DNA of 64,000 bases, from positions 1,662 through 65,661 of the forward strand of contig MHPP01000014.1 of assembly GCA_001822095.1 (NCBI GenBank), written 5' to 3'. The translations under genes and the position numbers were made by a program. Positions 18,253 through 27,608 of the stretch are shown here, piece after piece (the first letter of the stretch is position 1; each line of letters begins with the position of its first letter). This DNA is from Candidatus Staskawiczbacteria bacterium RIFOXYC1_FULL_38_18. Lineage in GTDB: Bacteria; Patescibacteriota; Minisyncoccia; Minisyncoccales; Staskawiczbacteraceae. The notes under the pieces are model-generated. The model did not search any database. It was not told the DNA's origin and saw only the letters and a list, made by a program, of their open reading frames with translations.

Positions 18253-18320
18253 ATTAATTATTTATATTTTACCTTATTTTATCAAATATTTCAATATATG
18301 AACAAAAAGCAGGGAATCTA

Positions 18321-18350
18321 TTGACAGGGTATACCCCTATGGAGTATAAT
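18321..18350 (+). promoter_or_regulatory. sigma70 promoter with embedded 10-bp palindrome GGGTATACCC (candidate CsoR operator)
   Basis: TTGACA-18-TATAAT. The spacer contains the perfect inverted repeat gggtataccc. The ATG of the CsoR-like gene follows about 7 nt after the -10, so the transcript is probably leaderless. Confidence 0.55.
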
Positions 18351-18356
18351 TGTAAT

Positions 18357-18638
18357 ATGGAACATAAACATAATAATTCTCATGCGCAAAAGGCGACAAG
18401 GCGCCTTAGAATTGTTGCGGGGCAAATAAAAGGACTGGAAAAAATGGTTCAGGAGGATAAATATTGCGTTGATATTATCAACCAATCCCTTGCGGTAAAA
18501 CAGGCCTTATCAAGCTTTGAGGATTTTATATTAAAAAACCATTTGTCTACCCATGTGGTTAGCCAAATGAAGTCCGGCAACTCCAGCAAAGCGATTGATG
18601 AAATACTTTCTATTTATCGCCTGTCTAAAAAGAAATAG
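18357..18638 (+). CDS. csoR: CsoR/RcnR-family (DUF156) metal-sensing transcriptional repressor
   Basis: The RLRIVAGQIKGLEKMVQEDKYCVDIINQSLAVKQAL pattern with the conserved Cys and His ligand positions of the CsoR family. The ORF-track start at 18321 would overlap the promoter, so Met 18357 is preferred. Confidence 0.7.
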   Translation: MEHKHNNSHAQKATRRLRIVAGQIKGLEKMVQEDKYCVDIINQSLAVKQALSSFEDFILKNHLSTHVVSQMKSGNSSKAIDEILSIYRLSKKK

Positions 18639-18673
18639 GGCAAAGTAAATTAATATTATTTAATAAATTATTA

Positions 18674-18937
18674 ATGGACAACAATCAAAACAATAATAAT
18701 GACATGGGCGGCAAAATGATGTGGATAATGATGCTTTGCTGCATTGCGCCGATTTTATTTATCTTTTTAAGCGGGGCCATAGCCAGCAGAGGAAATTGGA
18801 TTACGATAGTTATTACGGGAATTTTTGTAATAGGATATCTTGTAATAATGAATAAGATGCACAGTAGCCACGGCCATAAATCAGTCAAAGGAAAATCAGA
18901 CGATTCACACAACTCACACGGCCACGGATGCCATTAG
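18674..18937 (+). CDS. Small His-rich two-TM membrane protein (putative metal binding)
   Basis: An N-terminal poly-N/Q segment and two TM helices. The C-terminal tail is HSSHGHKSVKGKSDDSHNSHGHGCH. Confidence 0.45.
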   Translation: MDNNQNNNNDMGGKMMWIMMLCCIAPILFIFLSGAIASRGNWITIVITGIFVIGYLVIMNKMHSSHGHKSVKGKSDDSHNSHGHGCH

Positions 18938-18995
18938 TTTATTAATTAAAATTTTTAGTGTATTATTGGCTGGTCAAACAAGCTAGGGGGGACAA

Positions 18996-19109
18996 CTCAC
19001 GATAATGGAAATCAGGCGATAGATATTTTAAGAGAACGATACGCGAAGGGAGAAATCAATAAAGAGGAATTTAAAGCTAAGAAAAAAAATTTAAGCTAAT
19101 ACATATCTA
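18996..19109 (+). pseudogene. SHOCT-domain remnant without a start codon (possible C-terminal part of the upstream His-rich membrane protein, now separated by a stop)
   Basis: It translates to GGTTHDNGNQAIDILRERYAKGEINKEEFKAKKKNLS, which matches the SHOCT short C-terminal domain motif. There is no ATG/GTG/TTG in frame after the preceding stop. Confidence 0.35.
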
Positions 19110-19435
19110 TGAAAATTTGCATTATTCTACAATCAAACAACCCTGAACATATTTGGAATACATTTCGTTTTGGAATCACTTCTTTGAAGGCAAAACACAG
19201 GGTAGTAATTTTTTTAATGAATGAGGGGTCTGAACTTGACGCTATTGAGGACGCTGAAATCTTTGATATTTCCAATAAAATTGCTGAGTATAAAAAATTA
19301 AAAGGAGACATATATGCCTGCGGGACTTGTTTAGAACTTCGCGGCAAAAAAGGAATCGGGATTTGTCCTGTTTCCACGATGTCAGATTTGCTAAAAATAG
19401 TTGAAGACAGCGATAAGGTTTTAGTTTTTAGCTAA
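19109..19435 (+). CDS. DsrE/DsrF-like family protein
   Basis: The KICIILQSNNPE...FRFGITSL...HRVVIFLMNEG pattern and the conserved Cys (YACGTC) resemble the DsrE/DsrF sulfur-relay-like fold. Confidence 0.45.
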   Translation: MKICIILQSNNPEHIWNTFRFGITSLKAKHRVVIFLMNEGSELDAIEDAEIFDISNKIAEYKKLKGDIYACGTCLELRGKKGIGICPVSTMSDLLKIVEDSDKVLVFS

Positions 19436-19440
19436 TAATT

Positions 19441-20232
19441 ATGGATTGTTGTAATTCAAAAACTTATTTGTCAAAAGAAGTTGTGAAAGGTTTAAAAATA
19501 GTTCTTTACATTGCGTTTTTTATTAATGCTGGAATGTTTTTAGTTGAATTGGTGAGCGGAGTTATTACTCACTCTAACGCCCTTTCTGCTGATTCGTTAG
19601 ATATGTTTGGAGATGCGTTTGTGTATGGACTAAGCCTGTTTGTTTTAACTAAACACCACAAAGTTCAAGCAAGAGCATCTATGGTAAAAGGGGCGGTTAT
19701 GCTACTTATAGGATTGTATGTCTTCGCAGAAGCCTTTTACAAAATGGTTCATCCGATTGTGCCACCGGCGCAAGCAATTACGCTGATTGGTATTTTGGCA
19801 TTAGTTGCAAATGGCGTATGCCTATTTTTACTAACAAGGCACAAGGATAAAAATATAAATATGAAGTCTTCGTGGATTTGTTCCAGAAACGATATGTTTG
19901 GGAATGTCGGCGTCATTATAGCAGGAATTTCGGTCGCCTATTTTAATTCTATGTGGCCGGATATAATCGTCGGCATGGGAATAGCCGGGCTGGCTGTTTA
20001 TTTTTCGGCGGGGATCATAAAAGACGTGCATATGCACAATGTCAAATATCAGACTCTACAAAATAATTTTATGGTCAAAGAAATAGAAATAAAAAACAAA
20101 AAATATTACAAATGCGAAGAGTGCGGTTTGGTTTATCTTTATAAAGAGATAGCTGAAAAGTGCCAAAATTGGTGCAAAACATACCACACCTGTAATTTAG
20201 AGATTATTAAATATGCACAGCGATTGACATAG
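19441..20232 (+). CDS. Cation diffusion facilitator (CDF) transporter with C-terminal Cys-rich zinc-ribbon instead of the usual cytoplasmic domain
   Basis: The CDF signature HSNALSADSLDMFGDAFVYGLSL is in TM2 and six TM helices are present. The C-terminus is KCEECGLVY...CQNWCKTYHTC. Confidence 0.7.
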   Translation: MDCCNSKTYLSKEVVKGLKIVLYIAFFINAGMFLVELVSGVITHSNALSADSLDMFGDAFVYGLSLFVLTKHHKVQARASMVKGAVMLLIGLYVFAEAFYKMVHPIVPPAQAITLIGILALVANGVCLFLLTRHKDKNINMKSSWICSRNDMFGNVGVIIAGISVAYFNSMWPDIIVGMGIAGLAVYFSAGIIKDVHMHNVKYQTLQNNFMVKEIEIKNKKYYKCEECGLVYLYKEIAEKCQNWCKTYHTCNLEIIKYAQRLT

Positions 20233-20263
20233 TAAATAAAAGGCGTAAAATAAAGTAATATAT

Positions 20264-20647
20264 ATGAATTCGTTAAGTAAAAATTTTATCATTATTTTCC
20301 TGATAATCTGCGTTGTGGGAATTTTTGGTTTTCATTGGTTTTTGATCAGCGATATGATGCCCATTGGCGAATGTTTTTCTGTTGATTGCGTTTACACTCC
20401 CGCCCAAACGATTCCGCAGGGAACACAAAATATTCTGCTAATTGCTTTAATGGCAATCCTATTTGGCGTGGCTACGCCTTTGGCAATATTATCGGATAAA
20501 AAACTCACAGAACTGCCGAGGCGGATGTTTCTTGAGTGGAGAATAGGCGGCTTTTGCCGTAAACTGATTTTATGGCTTAAAATTTTAGAAAAAAGGGATC
20601 CTCAAACCGCATTAATTGCGGCGCGGATTTCAAATTTTAGCCAATAA
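20264..20647 (+). CDS. Hypothetical membrane protein
   Basis: A 127-aa ORF with two or three hydrophobic helices. No recognisable domain. Confidence 0.35.
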   Translation: MNSLSKNFIIIFLIICVVGIFGFHWFLISDMMPIGECFSVDCVYTPAQTIPQGTQNILLIALMAILFGVATPLAILSDKKLTELPRRMFLEWRIGGFCRKLILWLKILEKRDPQTALIAARISNFSQ

Positions 20648-20733
20648 ATTTTAATTATTTAATTTGCTATAAATTTCAAATTTTCGCGCCGTTGTTATGG
20701 CGTTTTTTGTTAAAATAAAAAATAAAAAATATT

Positions 20734-22560
20734 ATGTTAAGAGAAATAAAACACAAGATAGAAAACATAAAATCCTTAGAGGATAAAATAACAATTGAGG
20801 CGGAGATTGAAGTATTGAACGGCGTGGACAGCGCGGACATAGACGAAGCGAGTGGAAATTGTCATATAAAATTTGACGGAGAAAAAATTTCTTCGGGTGA
20901 AATTATAAAAAAAATAAAGGAGCTTGGCTTTGAGGTGGCAGCAGATGAAGTTCTCTCAGCTGAAATATTGCCGAGAGAAGAATCTTTACCGGCTCAAAAA
21001 GAAGAGTGGAGTAGCAAAAACTTGAAAGAGCATGTTTACAAAGTGGAAGGGATGCATTGTGCCTCCTGTGAAATTTTGATTGAGAAAAAGCTCTTGATGA
21101 TTCAAAACATAAAGTCTGTTGATGCTTCAACTCCAAAAGGAGAGGTCGTAATAGAATACAGCGGAGACAGGCCAAATCCGGAGAGATTAAGCAAAATATT
21201 TAAGGGAGAAAATTATCAATTTGACGATATGGACACCGGAACGCAAGCTAAAAGCAGGGAAGAAAATGAGTCCGGAAAAAAATCAAGCCCGACCTTAGTT
21301 GCTTTTAACATAGCGATATTTGTGATCATTGCGTTCTTATTTTTGCAAAAAATGGGAATTGCTGATTTTTTGAGTGTAAGCTCCGGGTCCTCCTTTATGA
21401 CATTCGTGGGATTCGGGCTTTTGGCGGGGCTTTCCTCGTGCGCGGCTTTGGTTGGGGGAATTATTCTATCGATGTCAAAACAATGGTCATCGCTTTATTC
21501 TCAAGAACAAACTACATCTCAGAAATTGCAACCACATGTAATGTTTAATGCCGGCAGGGTTGTTTCTTATGCTATTTTTGGCGGAGTACTGGGTGTAATA
21601 GGAAGCAAGCTCCAGATTTCTCCGCAATTTACCGGTTATTTAGTTATTGGCATATCTCTATTAATGATTGCTTTGGGACTTCAAATGCTGGGGGTTAGGG
21701 CGTTCAGAAAATTTCAGATTGCAGCTCCAAAATTCGCAACAAGATATATTGCTAATGAAAAGAATTTTCAAGGGAAGCAAATGCCGTTTATTATGGGAGC
21801 CTTAACTTTCTTTCTGCCTTGCGGTTTTACCATTACAGCTCAAAGCTTGGCATTGCTTTCAGGAAACGCATTTTCCGGAGCGTTAATAATGGGAGCGTTT
21901 GCACTAGGAACAGTGCCCTCGCTTTTATTTATCGGACTGTCTAGCGTTAAGTTTTCATCAAAACCGCACTTAGCTGAAAGATTCGCGAAGGTAGCAGGGT
22001 TTTTGGTTTTATTCTTTGCTTTGTATAATATGTCGAATCAAGCGACTGTTTTGGGATTTACGGGGTTTGGTAACATATTAGCTTCAAGCCAAGCCCAAGT
22101 AAAATCAGCAAAAATTGATGTAAAAGATTTACCCCAAATTATTGATGGCAAGCAGGTTATTAAAATGACAGCCTACGGCTCAAAGGATGTTCCGAATTCC
22201 TTTAAAGTAAGGGTTGGAATTCCTGTAAGATGGGAAATAACAGCCGACAGAACAGCAGGCGGGTGCAACGGTTCAATCATCTCAAACAGCTTGTTCTCAG
22301 GATCAATTGATTTGATTCCCGGGCAAGTTTCAGTAAAAGAATTTACTCCGCAAAAAACAGGAAAGTTCAGGTTTTCCTGCCAAATGGGCATGATTTCTGG
22401 AATTATTGAGGTTGTGAATGCGGATACTGCCACTGGTTCAAATAATTCTGGGGTGCCGGTCGCTAATGCAGCAACGCAGGGCGGCGACGACGTGGTTCCA
22501 TCTGGATCAACGGGATGCGGTTGTGGAGGAGGCGGAGGCAGTACCTGTGGCGGTAATTAA
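20734..22560 (+). CDS. Multi-domain metal-handling membrane protein: HMA-like domains + DsbD_2/CcdA-like TM core + C-terminal cupredoxin-like domain + Cys/Gly tail
   Basis: The HMA motif GMHCASCEILIEKKL is present. The polytopic TM region has conserved Cys in TM helices (GLSSCAALVGG, FFLPCGFT). The C-terminal beta domain has a FSCQMGM motif. It ends GCGCGGGGGSTCGGN. Confidence 0.55.
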   Translation: MLREIKHKIENIKSLEDKITIEAEIEVLNGVDSADIDEASGNCHIKFDGEKISSGEIIKKIKELGFEVAADEVLSAEILPREESLPAQKEEWSSKNLKEHVYKVEGMHCASCEILIEKKLLMIQNIKSVDASTPKGEVVIEYSGDRPNPERLSKIFKGENYQFDDMDTGTQAKSREENESGKKSSPTLVAFNIAIFVIIAFLFLQKMGIADFLSVSSGSSFMTFVGFGLLAGLSSCAALVGGIILSMSKQWSSLYSQEQTTSQKLQPHVMFNAGRVVSYAIFGGVLGVIGSKLQISPQFTGYLVIGISLLMIALGLQMLGVRAFRKFQIAAPKFATRYIANEKNFQGKQMPFIMGALTFFLPCGFTITAQSLALLSGNAFSGALIMGAFALGTVPSLLFIGLSSVKFSSKPHLAERFAKVAGFLVLFFALYNMSNQATVLGFTGFGNILASSQAQVKSAKIDVKDLPQIIDGKQVIKMTAYGSKDVPNSFKVRVGIPVRWEITADRTAGGCNGSIISNSLFSGSIDLIPGQVSVKEFTPQKTGKFRFSCQMGMISGIIEVVNADTATGSNNSGVPVANAATQGGDDVVPSGSTGCGCGGGGGSTCGGN

Positions 22561-22580
22561 ATTAAATATTTTTTAAAATC

Positions 22581-22979
22581 ATGAAAAATAATCTAATAAT
22601 TTTATCTGTAATAGTTGTAGCAGTAGCGGGCATTTATTTTTTATCGTCAGGGCCTAAATCCGGCTCGCAAAATTACTTATCAGGTGAAACCGTCGCCGTT
22701 GCTAGCTTAAATCAACAAAATCAGGTGATGTTCAGCATAGATGCTAAAAGATGGCAATTTACGCCGGACATTATTAGGGTCAAGAAAGGCCAGAATGTCA
22801 AAATTATCATTAACAACACCGATACCGTGCATGGGATTAATTTGCCGGAATTTAATGCTATTAGTGACGATTCTATTGAGTTTACAGCATCCAAAACAGG
22901 CGAGTTTACTTTTTTCTGTAAGAATTTTTGCGGCGAGGGGCATACAGGTATGACAGGAAAAATTATTGTTTCAGAATAA
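22581..22979 (+). CDS. Cupredoxin-like (CuA-type ligand motif) secreted/anchored protein
   Basis: A signal/anchor helix is present. VHGINL...FFCKNFCGEGHTGM gives H...C-x3-C-x3-H-x2-M, which resembles a CuA-like copper site. Confidence 0.6.
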   Translation: MKNNLIILSVIVVAVAGIYFLSSGPKSGSQNYLSGETVAVASLNQQNQVMFSIDAKRWQFTPDIIRVKKGQNVKIIINNTDTVHGINLPEFNAISDDSIEFTASKTGEFTFFCKNFCGEGHTGMTGKIIVSE

Positions 22980-22982
22980 AAT

Positions 22983-24305
22983 ATGAAAAAAACAAAATTT
23001 AAAATTCAAGGCATAAAATGCAGTAATTGCTCTTTGCTGATTGAAGAAAGATTAAGAAATGTAAACGGCGTTGTTAGGGTTAAAGTTGACCAAACCTCAA
23101 ACAAGGGTGTTGTCATTTATGATGAACAAAAAATAACAGAAAGCGATATTTATCAGGCGATTGAGAGCATAAATGATTTTCATTTGGAAAAAATTGAAGA
23201 AGCAATTACGCCGGTACCGAAAATTTTAGAAACGGAAAACAAAGGATATGATTTGGGTATCAAAAAAGCAAAGTTTAGAATAAGGGGGTTAAAATGCAAC
23301 AGCTGCGTTCTTTTGATAGAAGGCAGGCTTAAAAGCAAAGACGGCGTTGTTAAAGTTAAGGTTGACCAAACCTCAAACAAGGGAGTTGTCATTTATGACG
23401 AACAAAAAATAACAGAACAGGATATTTATCAGGCGATCGAGGAAATAGGCGGGTTTAAAGTGGAAAAGATTGAAGATGGAGCAGAAAACAGCGTTGAAAA
23501 TATAAATTACGACAATCCCAGCATTGTAAAAGAGGAAAAACCTCCAATTGAAACTTCAGCCACTAAAAAAGTTTTTGTGGCAGCAGTTGTTTTAGTTTTG
23601 ATTTTCCAGCTCTTTACATTCGGAAATAAAAATAATCAGGGGAGCCGGGCAAAGGAGTCCGTAAAAAACACCGTGGTTCAGGAACAACAGGTTAATAACA
23701 ACCAACAGGCGCCGGCGGTAAAAACAGCAGAGAAAAACGATAATCCTGTTTTGGAGGCGTATGTAGTCAGCCGGTGCCCTTTTGGGATTCAAATGCAGAG
23801 AGTTATGGCAGATGTGATAAAAAATATTCCATCTTCTGCGCAATATATGAAAGTAAGGTATATGGGGAGCGTTTCTAATGGAATAATTACTGCTATGCAC
23901 GGAAATGCGGAGGCGCAGGAAAATTTGAGGCAGATTTGCCTGAGAGAGGAACAGCCGACAAAATACTGGCCGTATGTTTCCTGTCAAATGAAAGGTTCTG
24001 GTCAGGAGGTAGCCTGCGAAAAACCGTCGGGAGTTGATTCGTCGAAATTATCAGCATGCGTTTCAGATGTCAGCAGGGGATTGGCTTATGCTCAAAAAGA
24101 CTTTGATTTAAACAGCAAATACCAAATACAAGGCTCTCCAACATTAATATTAAATGGTCAGCAAGTTTCAGAATTTAATTTTGGTGGAAGGACTTCCGAT
24201 GCGGTAAAAAATGTGATATGCAACGGATTTAACAGTCAGCCAGAATTCTGTTCAACAAAGCTGACCACAGCTAATGCGGCAGCAAGTTTTTCCGCTACGT
24301 ATTAG
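22983..24305 (+). CDS. Tandem HMA-domain protein with TM helix and C-terminal thioredoxin/DsbA-like domain
   Basis: Two HMA domains are present (GIKCSNCSLLIEERL and GLKCNSCVLLIEGRL); the two repeats are near-identical at the DNA level (23084-23160 vs 23350-23430). The C-terminus has CPFG and a GSPTLILNG cis-Pro loop typical of the thioredoxin fold. Confidence 0.5.
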   Translation: MKKTKFKIQGIKCSNCSLLIEERLRNVNGVVRVKVDQTSNKGVVIYDEQKITESDIYQAIESINDFHLEKIEEAITPVPKILETENKGYDLGIKKAKFRIRGLKCNSCVLLIEGRLKSKDGVVKVKVDQTSNKGVVIYDEQKITEQDIYQAIEEIGGFKVEKIEDGAENSVENINYDNPSIVKEEKPPIETSATKKVFVAAVVLVLIFQLFTFGNKNNQGSRAKESVKNTVVQEQQVNNNQQAPAVKTAEKNDNPVLEAYVVSRCPFGIQMQRVMADVIKNIPSSAQYMKVRYMGSVSNGIITAMHGNAEAQENLRQICLREEQPTKYWPYVSCQMKGSGQEVACEKPSGVDSSKLSACVSDVSRGLAYAQKDFDLNSKYQIQGSPTLILNGQQVSEFNFGGRTSDAVKNVICNGFNSQPEFCSTKLTTANAAASFSATY

Positions 24306-24324
24306 CCCAAAATAAATAATTTAA

Positions 24325-26811
24325 ATGGAAAATAAAAAAATAAAAACAAAAAAAACCCGGCTCTCTGAAATTGAATCAAAAATCGACAAAATTTTAGATT
24401 TGGTTTCGAACGGGCCAAAAATCCAAAACCCGGCGGTTGCTGCGACAAAAGCCGAACCAGGCAAAGACCAGCAAATTAGCTTGGCTGTAAGCGGAATGCA
24501 TTGTGTGTCGTGCGCGAAAATAATTGAGAAAAAGTTATTAAAGGTTCCCGGAGTAAAGGAGGTAAATGTCAACTTTACCGCTGAAAAAGCCAGAATTATT
24601 TTTGACAGCTCAAAAGCCACAACAGGCGATTTGATCGGCGCCATTGCATCCGCCGGTTATAAAGCATCATTGCCGGACGTTGCTGACCCTGAAGGGGAAA
24701 AAAAGAGAAAAGAAAAAGAAATTAAAAATTACCGTAATAAATTTTTAATTTCTTTTGGATTGAGCTTGCCGATGCTTTATTTCATGCTTTTGGATTTCTT
24801 TAATTTTTTACCATTAAGGGATTTCCTGATGCCATGGATAGGCGTTGTTTCTCTGTTACTGACCATACCCGTTCAGTTTATTATTGGAGCAGGATTTTAC
24901 AGAGGGATGTGGAGTAGCTTGAAGATGAAGACTTTCAATATGGATAGCTTAATTGCAATTGGAACAAGCACCGCATTCTTTTACAGTTTGTGGCAATTTT
25001 TAAGCTATGCGATAAGTAATGGAACGCTTATTGGATTAAACGGCGCTAAAATTCCGGAGTTATACTTTGAAACAGCAGCTTATCTGATTACGTTTGTGGT
25101 GCTTGGCAAATGGCTTGAAACAAAAGCAAAAGGCAGGACATCTGAGGCTATTAAAAAATTAATGGGTCTTCAGCCAAAAACCGCAAGAATAGTCAAGGGG
25201 GGTGAAACATTTGACATACCAATTGATGAGGTAAAAAGAGGAGATGTTGTTTTGGTCCGGCCCGGAGAAAAAATTCCTGTTGATGGTGTAATTTTAAAAG
25301 GCAGGTCTTCTGTTGACGAATCAATGCTTACAGGAGAAAGCATACCGGTTGAAAAAAATGCCGGAGACAAAGTCATTGGAGCTACAATAAATAAATATGG
25401 CAGTTTTGAATTTGAAGCCACAAACGTTGGCAACGAAACCGCCTTGGCTCAAATAATTAGGTTGATTGAGGAAGCCCAAGGTTCAAAAGCTCCAATTCAG
25501 GCAATGGCCGATAAAATTTCAGCCTGGTTTGTGCCTGCGGTTTTAGTTTTGGCAGCTTTAACTTTTGTTGTTTGGTATTTTGCTTTAGGTGCAAGTCTCT
25601 CATTTGCCTTGATGGCATTTACGTCAGTAATTGTTATTGCCTGCCCGTGCGCGCTGGGGCTTGCAACACCAACCGCAATAATGGTTGGAACCGGCAAAGG
25701 GGCAGAATATGGGGTGCTTATTAAGGGCGGAGAACCCTTGGAGGCGGCCTGCAAGGTTAAAGCAGTTGTATTTGATAAAACCGGCACTTTGACAAAGGGT
25801 AAACCGGAAGTTACAGATATTGTGGGAGCGGAATTGAGCGACGAAAACAAGATTATCGGCATTACGGCATCCCTTGAAAAACTTTCAGAACATCCATTGG
25901 CCGAGGCAATAGTCAATTATGCAAAAGAGGAAAAAATTCATTTGCCCGAAGCCTCAAATTTTAAAGCAATTCCAGGCCACGGCGTTGAAGGAAAAATTAG
26001 CGGAAAAAAATATTATTTTGGCAACCGCAAGTTAATTACCGATGTTGCCGGATTGGATGTGGGCGAAAACGAAAAGAAAATAAGCAAGCTTGAGAGCGAG
26101 GGAAAAACAGCAATGATTCTGGCTTCAGAAAAAGAGATATTGGGGATAATAGCCGTAGCAGATACAATAAAGGAAAACACAATTGAAGCGGTAACTGCCT
26201 TAAGGAAAAAAGGGATACAGGTGTTTATGATTACAGGAGACAATAAACGCACCGCAGAGGCAATTGCCAAACAAATTGGAATTACAAACGTGCTGGCTGA
26301 AGTTTTGCCAGAGGACAAGGCAAGTGAAGTAAAAAAACTTCAAGGCACAGGGATCAAAGTTGCAATGGTGGGGGACGGCATCAACGACGCGCCTGCGCTT
26401 GCCCAGGCAGATTTGGGGATTGCCATGGGCGGAGGCACTGATGTTGCAATGGAAACAGGAGGAATAGTAATCATTAAAAACGACCTGCGAGATGTGTTGA
26501 CAGCCATAAGTTTAAGCCGAGATACAATGGGTAAAATAAAACAAAATATGTTTTTTGCCTTGTTTTACAATGTGATTGGCATACCGATTGCTGCCAGAAT
26601 TTTTGCGGAAATGGGCCTTGTATTAAGGCCGGAGCTGGCCGGATTGGCAATGGCCTTCAGCTCCATTTCTGTGGTGTCTAATTCTTTATTACTTAAATAT
26701 TTTAAGCCCAATAAAAGGAATTATGTATCAATGGTTGCCCCAATTGTTCTGGCATTAGTTTTCTTGTTTATATTTATAGAATTTGGCAGGCTTAGCTCTA
26801 ATATGGCATAA
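24325..26811 (+). CDS. copA: Copper-translocating P1B-type ATPase
   Basis: The N-terminal HMA motif [15 protein letters not shown] is present. CPC is in TM6 ([12 protein letters not shown]). DKTGTLT phosphorylation site, [10 protein letters not shown] and TGDN are present. Confidence 0.9.
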   Translation: MENKKIKTKKTRLSEIESKIDKILDLVSNGPKIQNPAVAATKAEPGKDQQISLAVSGMHCVSCAKIIEKKLLKVPGVKEVNVNFTAEKARIIFDSSKATTGDLIGAIASAGYKASLPDVADPEGEKKRKEKEIKNYRNKFLISFGLSLPMLYFMLLDFFNFLPLRDFLMPWIGVVSLLLTIPVQFIIGAGFYRGMWSSLKMKTFNMDSLIAIGTSTAFFYSLWQFLSYAISNGTLIGLNGAKIPELYFETAAYLITFVVLGKWLETKAKGRTSEAIKKLMGLQPKTARIVKGGETFDIPIDEVKRGDVVLVRPGEKIPVDGVILKGRSSVDESMLTGESIPVEKNAGDKVIGATINKYGSFEFEATNVGNETALAQIIRLIEEAQGSKAPIQAMADKISAWFVPAVLVLAALTFVVWYFALGASLSFALMAFTSVIVIACPCALGLATPTAIMVGTGKGAEYGVLIKGGEPLEAACKVKAVVFDKTGTLTKGKPEVTDIVGAELSDENKIIGITASLEKLSEHPLAEAIVNYAKEEKIHLPEASNFKAIPGHGVEGKISGKKYYFGNRKLITDVAGLDVGENEKKISKLESEGKTAMILASEKEILGIIAVADTIKENTIEAVTALRKKGIQVFMITGDNKRTAEAIAKQIGITNVLAEVLPEDKASEVKKLQGTGIKVAMVGDGINDAPALAQADLGIAMGGGTDVAMETGGIVIIKNDLRDVLTAISLSRDTMGKIKQNMFFALFYNVIGIPIAARIFAEMGLVLRPELAGLAMAFSSISVVSNSLLLKYFKPNKRNYVSMVAPIVLALVFLFIFIEFGRLSSNMA

Positions 26812-26836
26812 TTTATTATTAACTTAATTTGGAAAA

Positions 26837-27046
26837 ATGATAGAAAAAACAATACTAGCAATTTCCGGAATGCATTGCGCGTCCTGCGCAAAAATTATTG
26901 AGGCCACTCTTGAGGAAAAAAACGGGGTAAGCTCAATTTTAGTAGATTACGATTCTAAAAAGGCTTTCTTAGAGTTTGACGGGCAGAAAACAAACCTCTA
27001 CGACCTTAAAAGCGAAATAGAAACACTGGGTTATAGGGCGTTATAG
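26837..27046 (+). CDS. copZ: Copper chaperone CopZ-like HMA protein
   Basis: A 69-aa single HMA domain with the GMHCASCAKII motif, directly downstream of copA. Confidence 0.8.
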   Translation: MIEKTILAISGMHCASCAKIIEATLEEKNGVSSILVDYDSKKAFLEFDGQKTNLYDLKSEIETLGYRAL

Positions 27047-27056
27047 ATTAAAATTA

Positions 27057-27088
27057 AAAACACTCCCTCACCGGGAGTGTTTTTAATT
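27057..27088. terminator. Bidirectional rho-independent terminator
   Basis: The aacactccctcaccgggagtgtt hairpin has an A-tract before and a T-tract after. It lies between the convergent copZ and SWIB genes. Confidence 0.7.
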
Positions 27089-27099
27089 TCTATTTAGAA

Positions 27100-27372
27100 C
27101 TATGACAGGTGTTTTGAAACCAGTTTTGTCATCTCAAACATATTCACAACGCCCTTTCCTCCAAAAACTTTTTTCAGTTTTTCATCGGCGTTTATGTTCC
27201 TCTTGTTTTTAGGATCCTGCAGATTGTTTTTTTTAATGTAGGCCCAAAGTTTTTTTACGACTTCCGACCTTGGCAACGGACCCTTTCCTACAACTGCCTC
27301 TAAATCGGCAGATACGGCTAACGGCTTCATAAAAGCCGAGTTTGCTTTTCCTGGCATGCGATTAATTTTCAA
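27100..27372 (-). CDS. SWIB/MDM2 domain protein
   Basis: PLAVSADLEAVVG...RSEVVKKLWAYIKKNNLQDPKNKRNINADEKLKKVFG matches the SWIB-domain consensus. Confidence 0.7.
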   Translation of the reverse strand: MKINRMPGKANSAFMKPLAVSADLEAVVGKGPLPRSEVVKKLWAYIKKNNLQDPKNKRNINADEKLKKVFGGKGVVNMFEMTKLVSKHLS

Positions 27373-27608
27373 TTTTCAAGAGAGTTGCGAAGTTACGAAT
27401 AAATTAGCAACTTAATGATAATTGATAATTTAGTTTACTTATAAATTATGAACATTAAACTATTATACCTCTAATACTCCTCTAATGCAACGGCTCTGTC
27501 AAGTTTTTACGCTCTTTGGCGCTAATTTTAATTAAATATTTAATCAAATATGTTAAATAATAAATTATTATTAATGTTTTTTTAAAAAAAAAGAAAAGTA
27601 ATAATTAT

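Noticed and set aside
27373-27608. Short inverted repeat agttgc...gcaact in the SWIB / deacetylase divergent intergenic region, as a possible operator
   Set aside because: Only 6 bp per arm in a very AT-rich 235-nt region. It is not distinguishable from chance.
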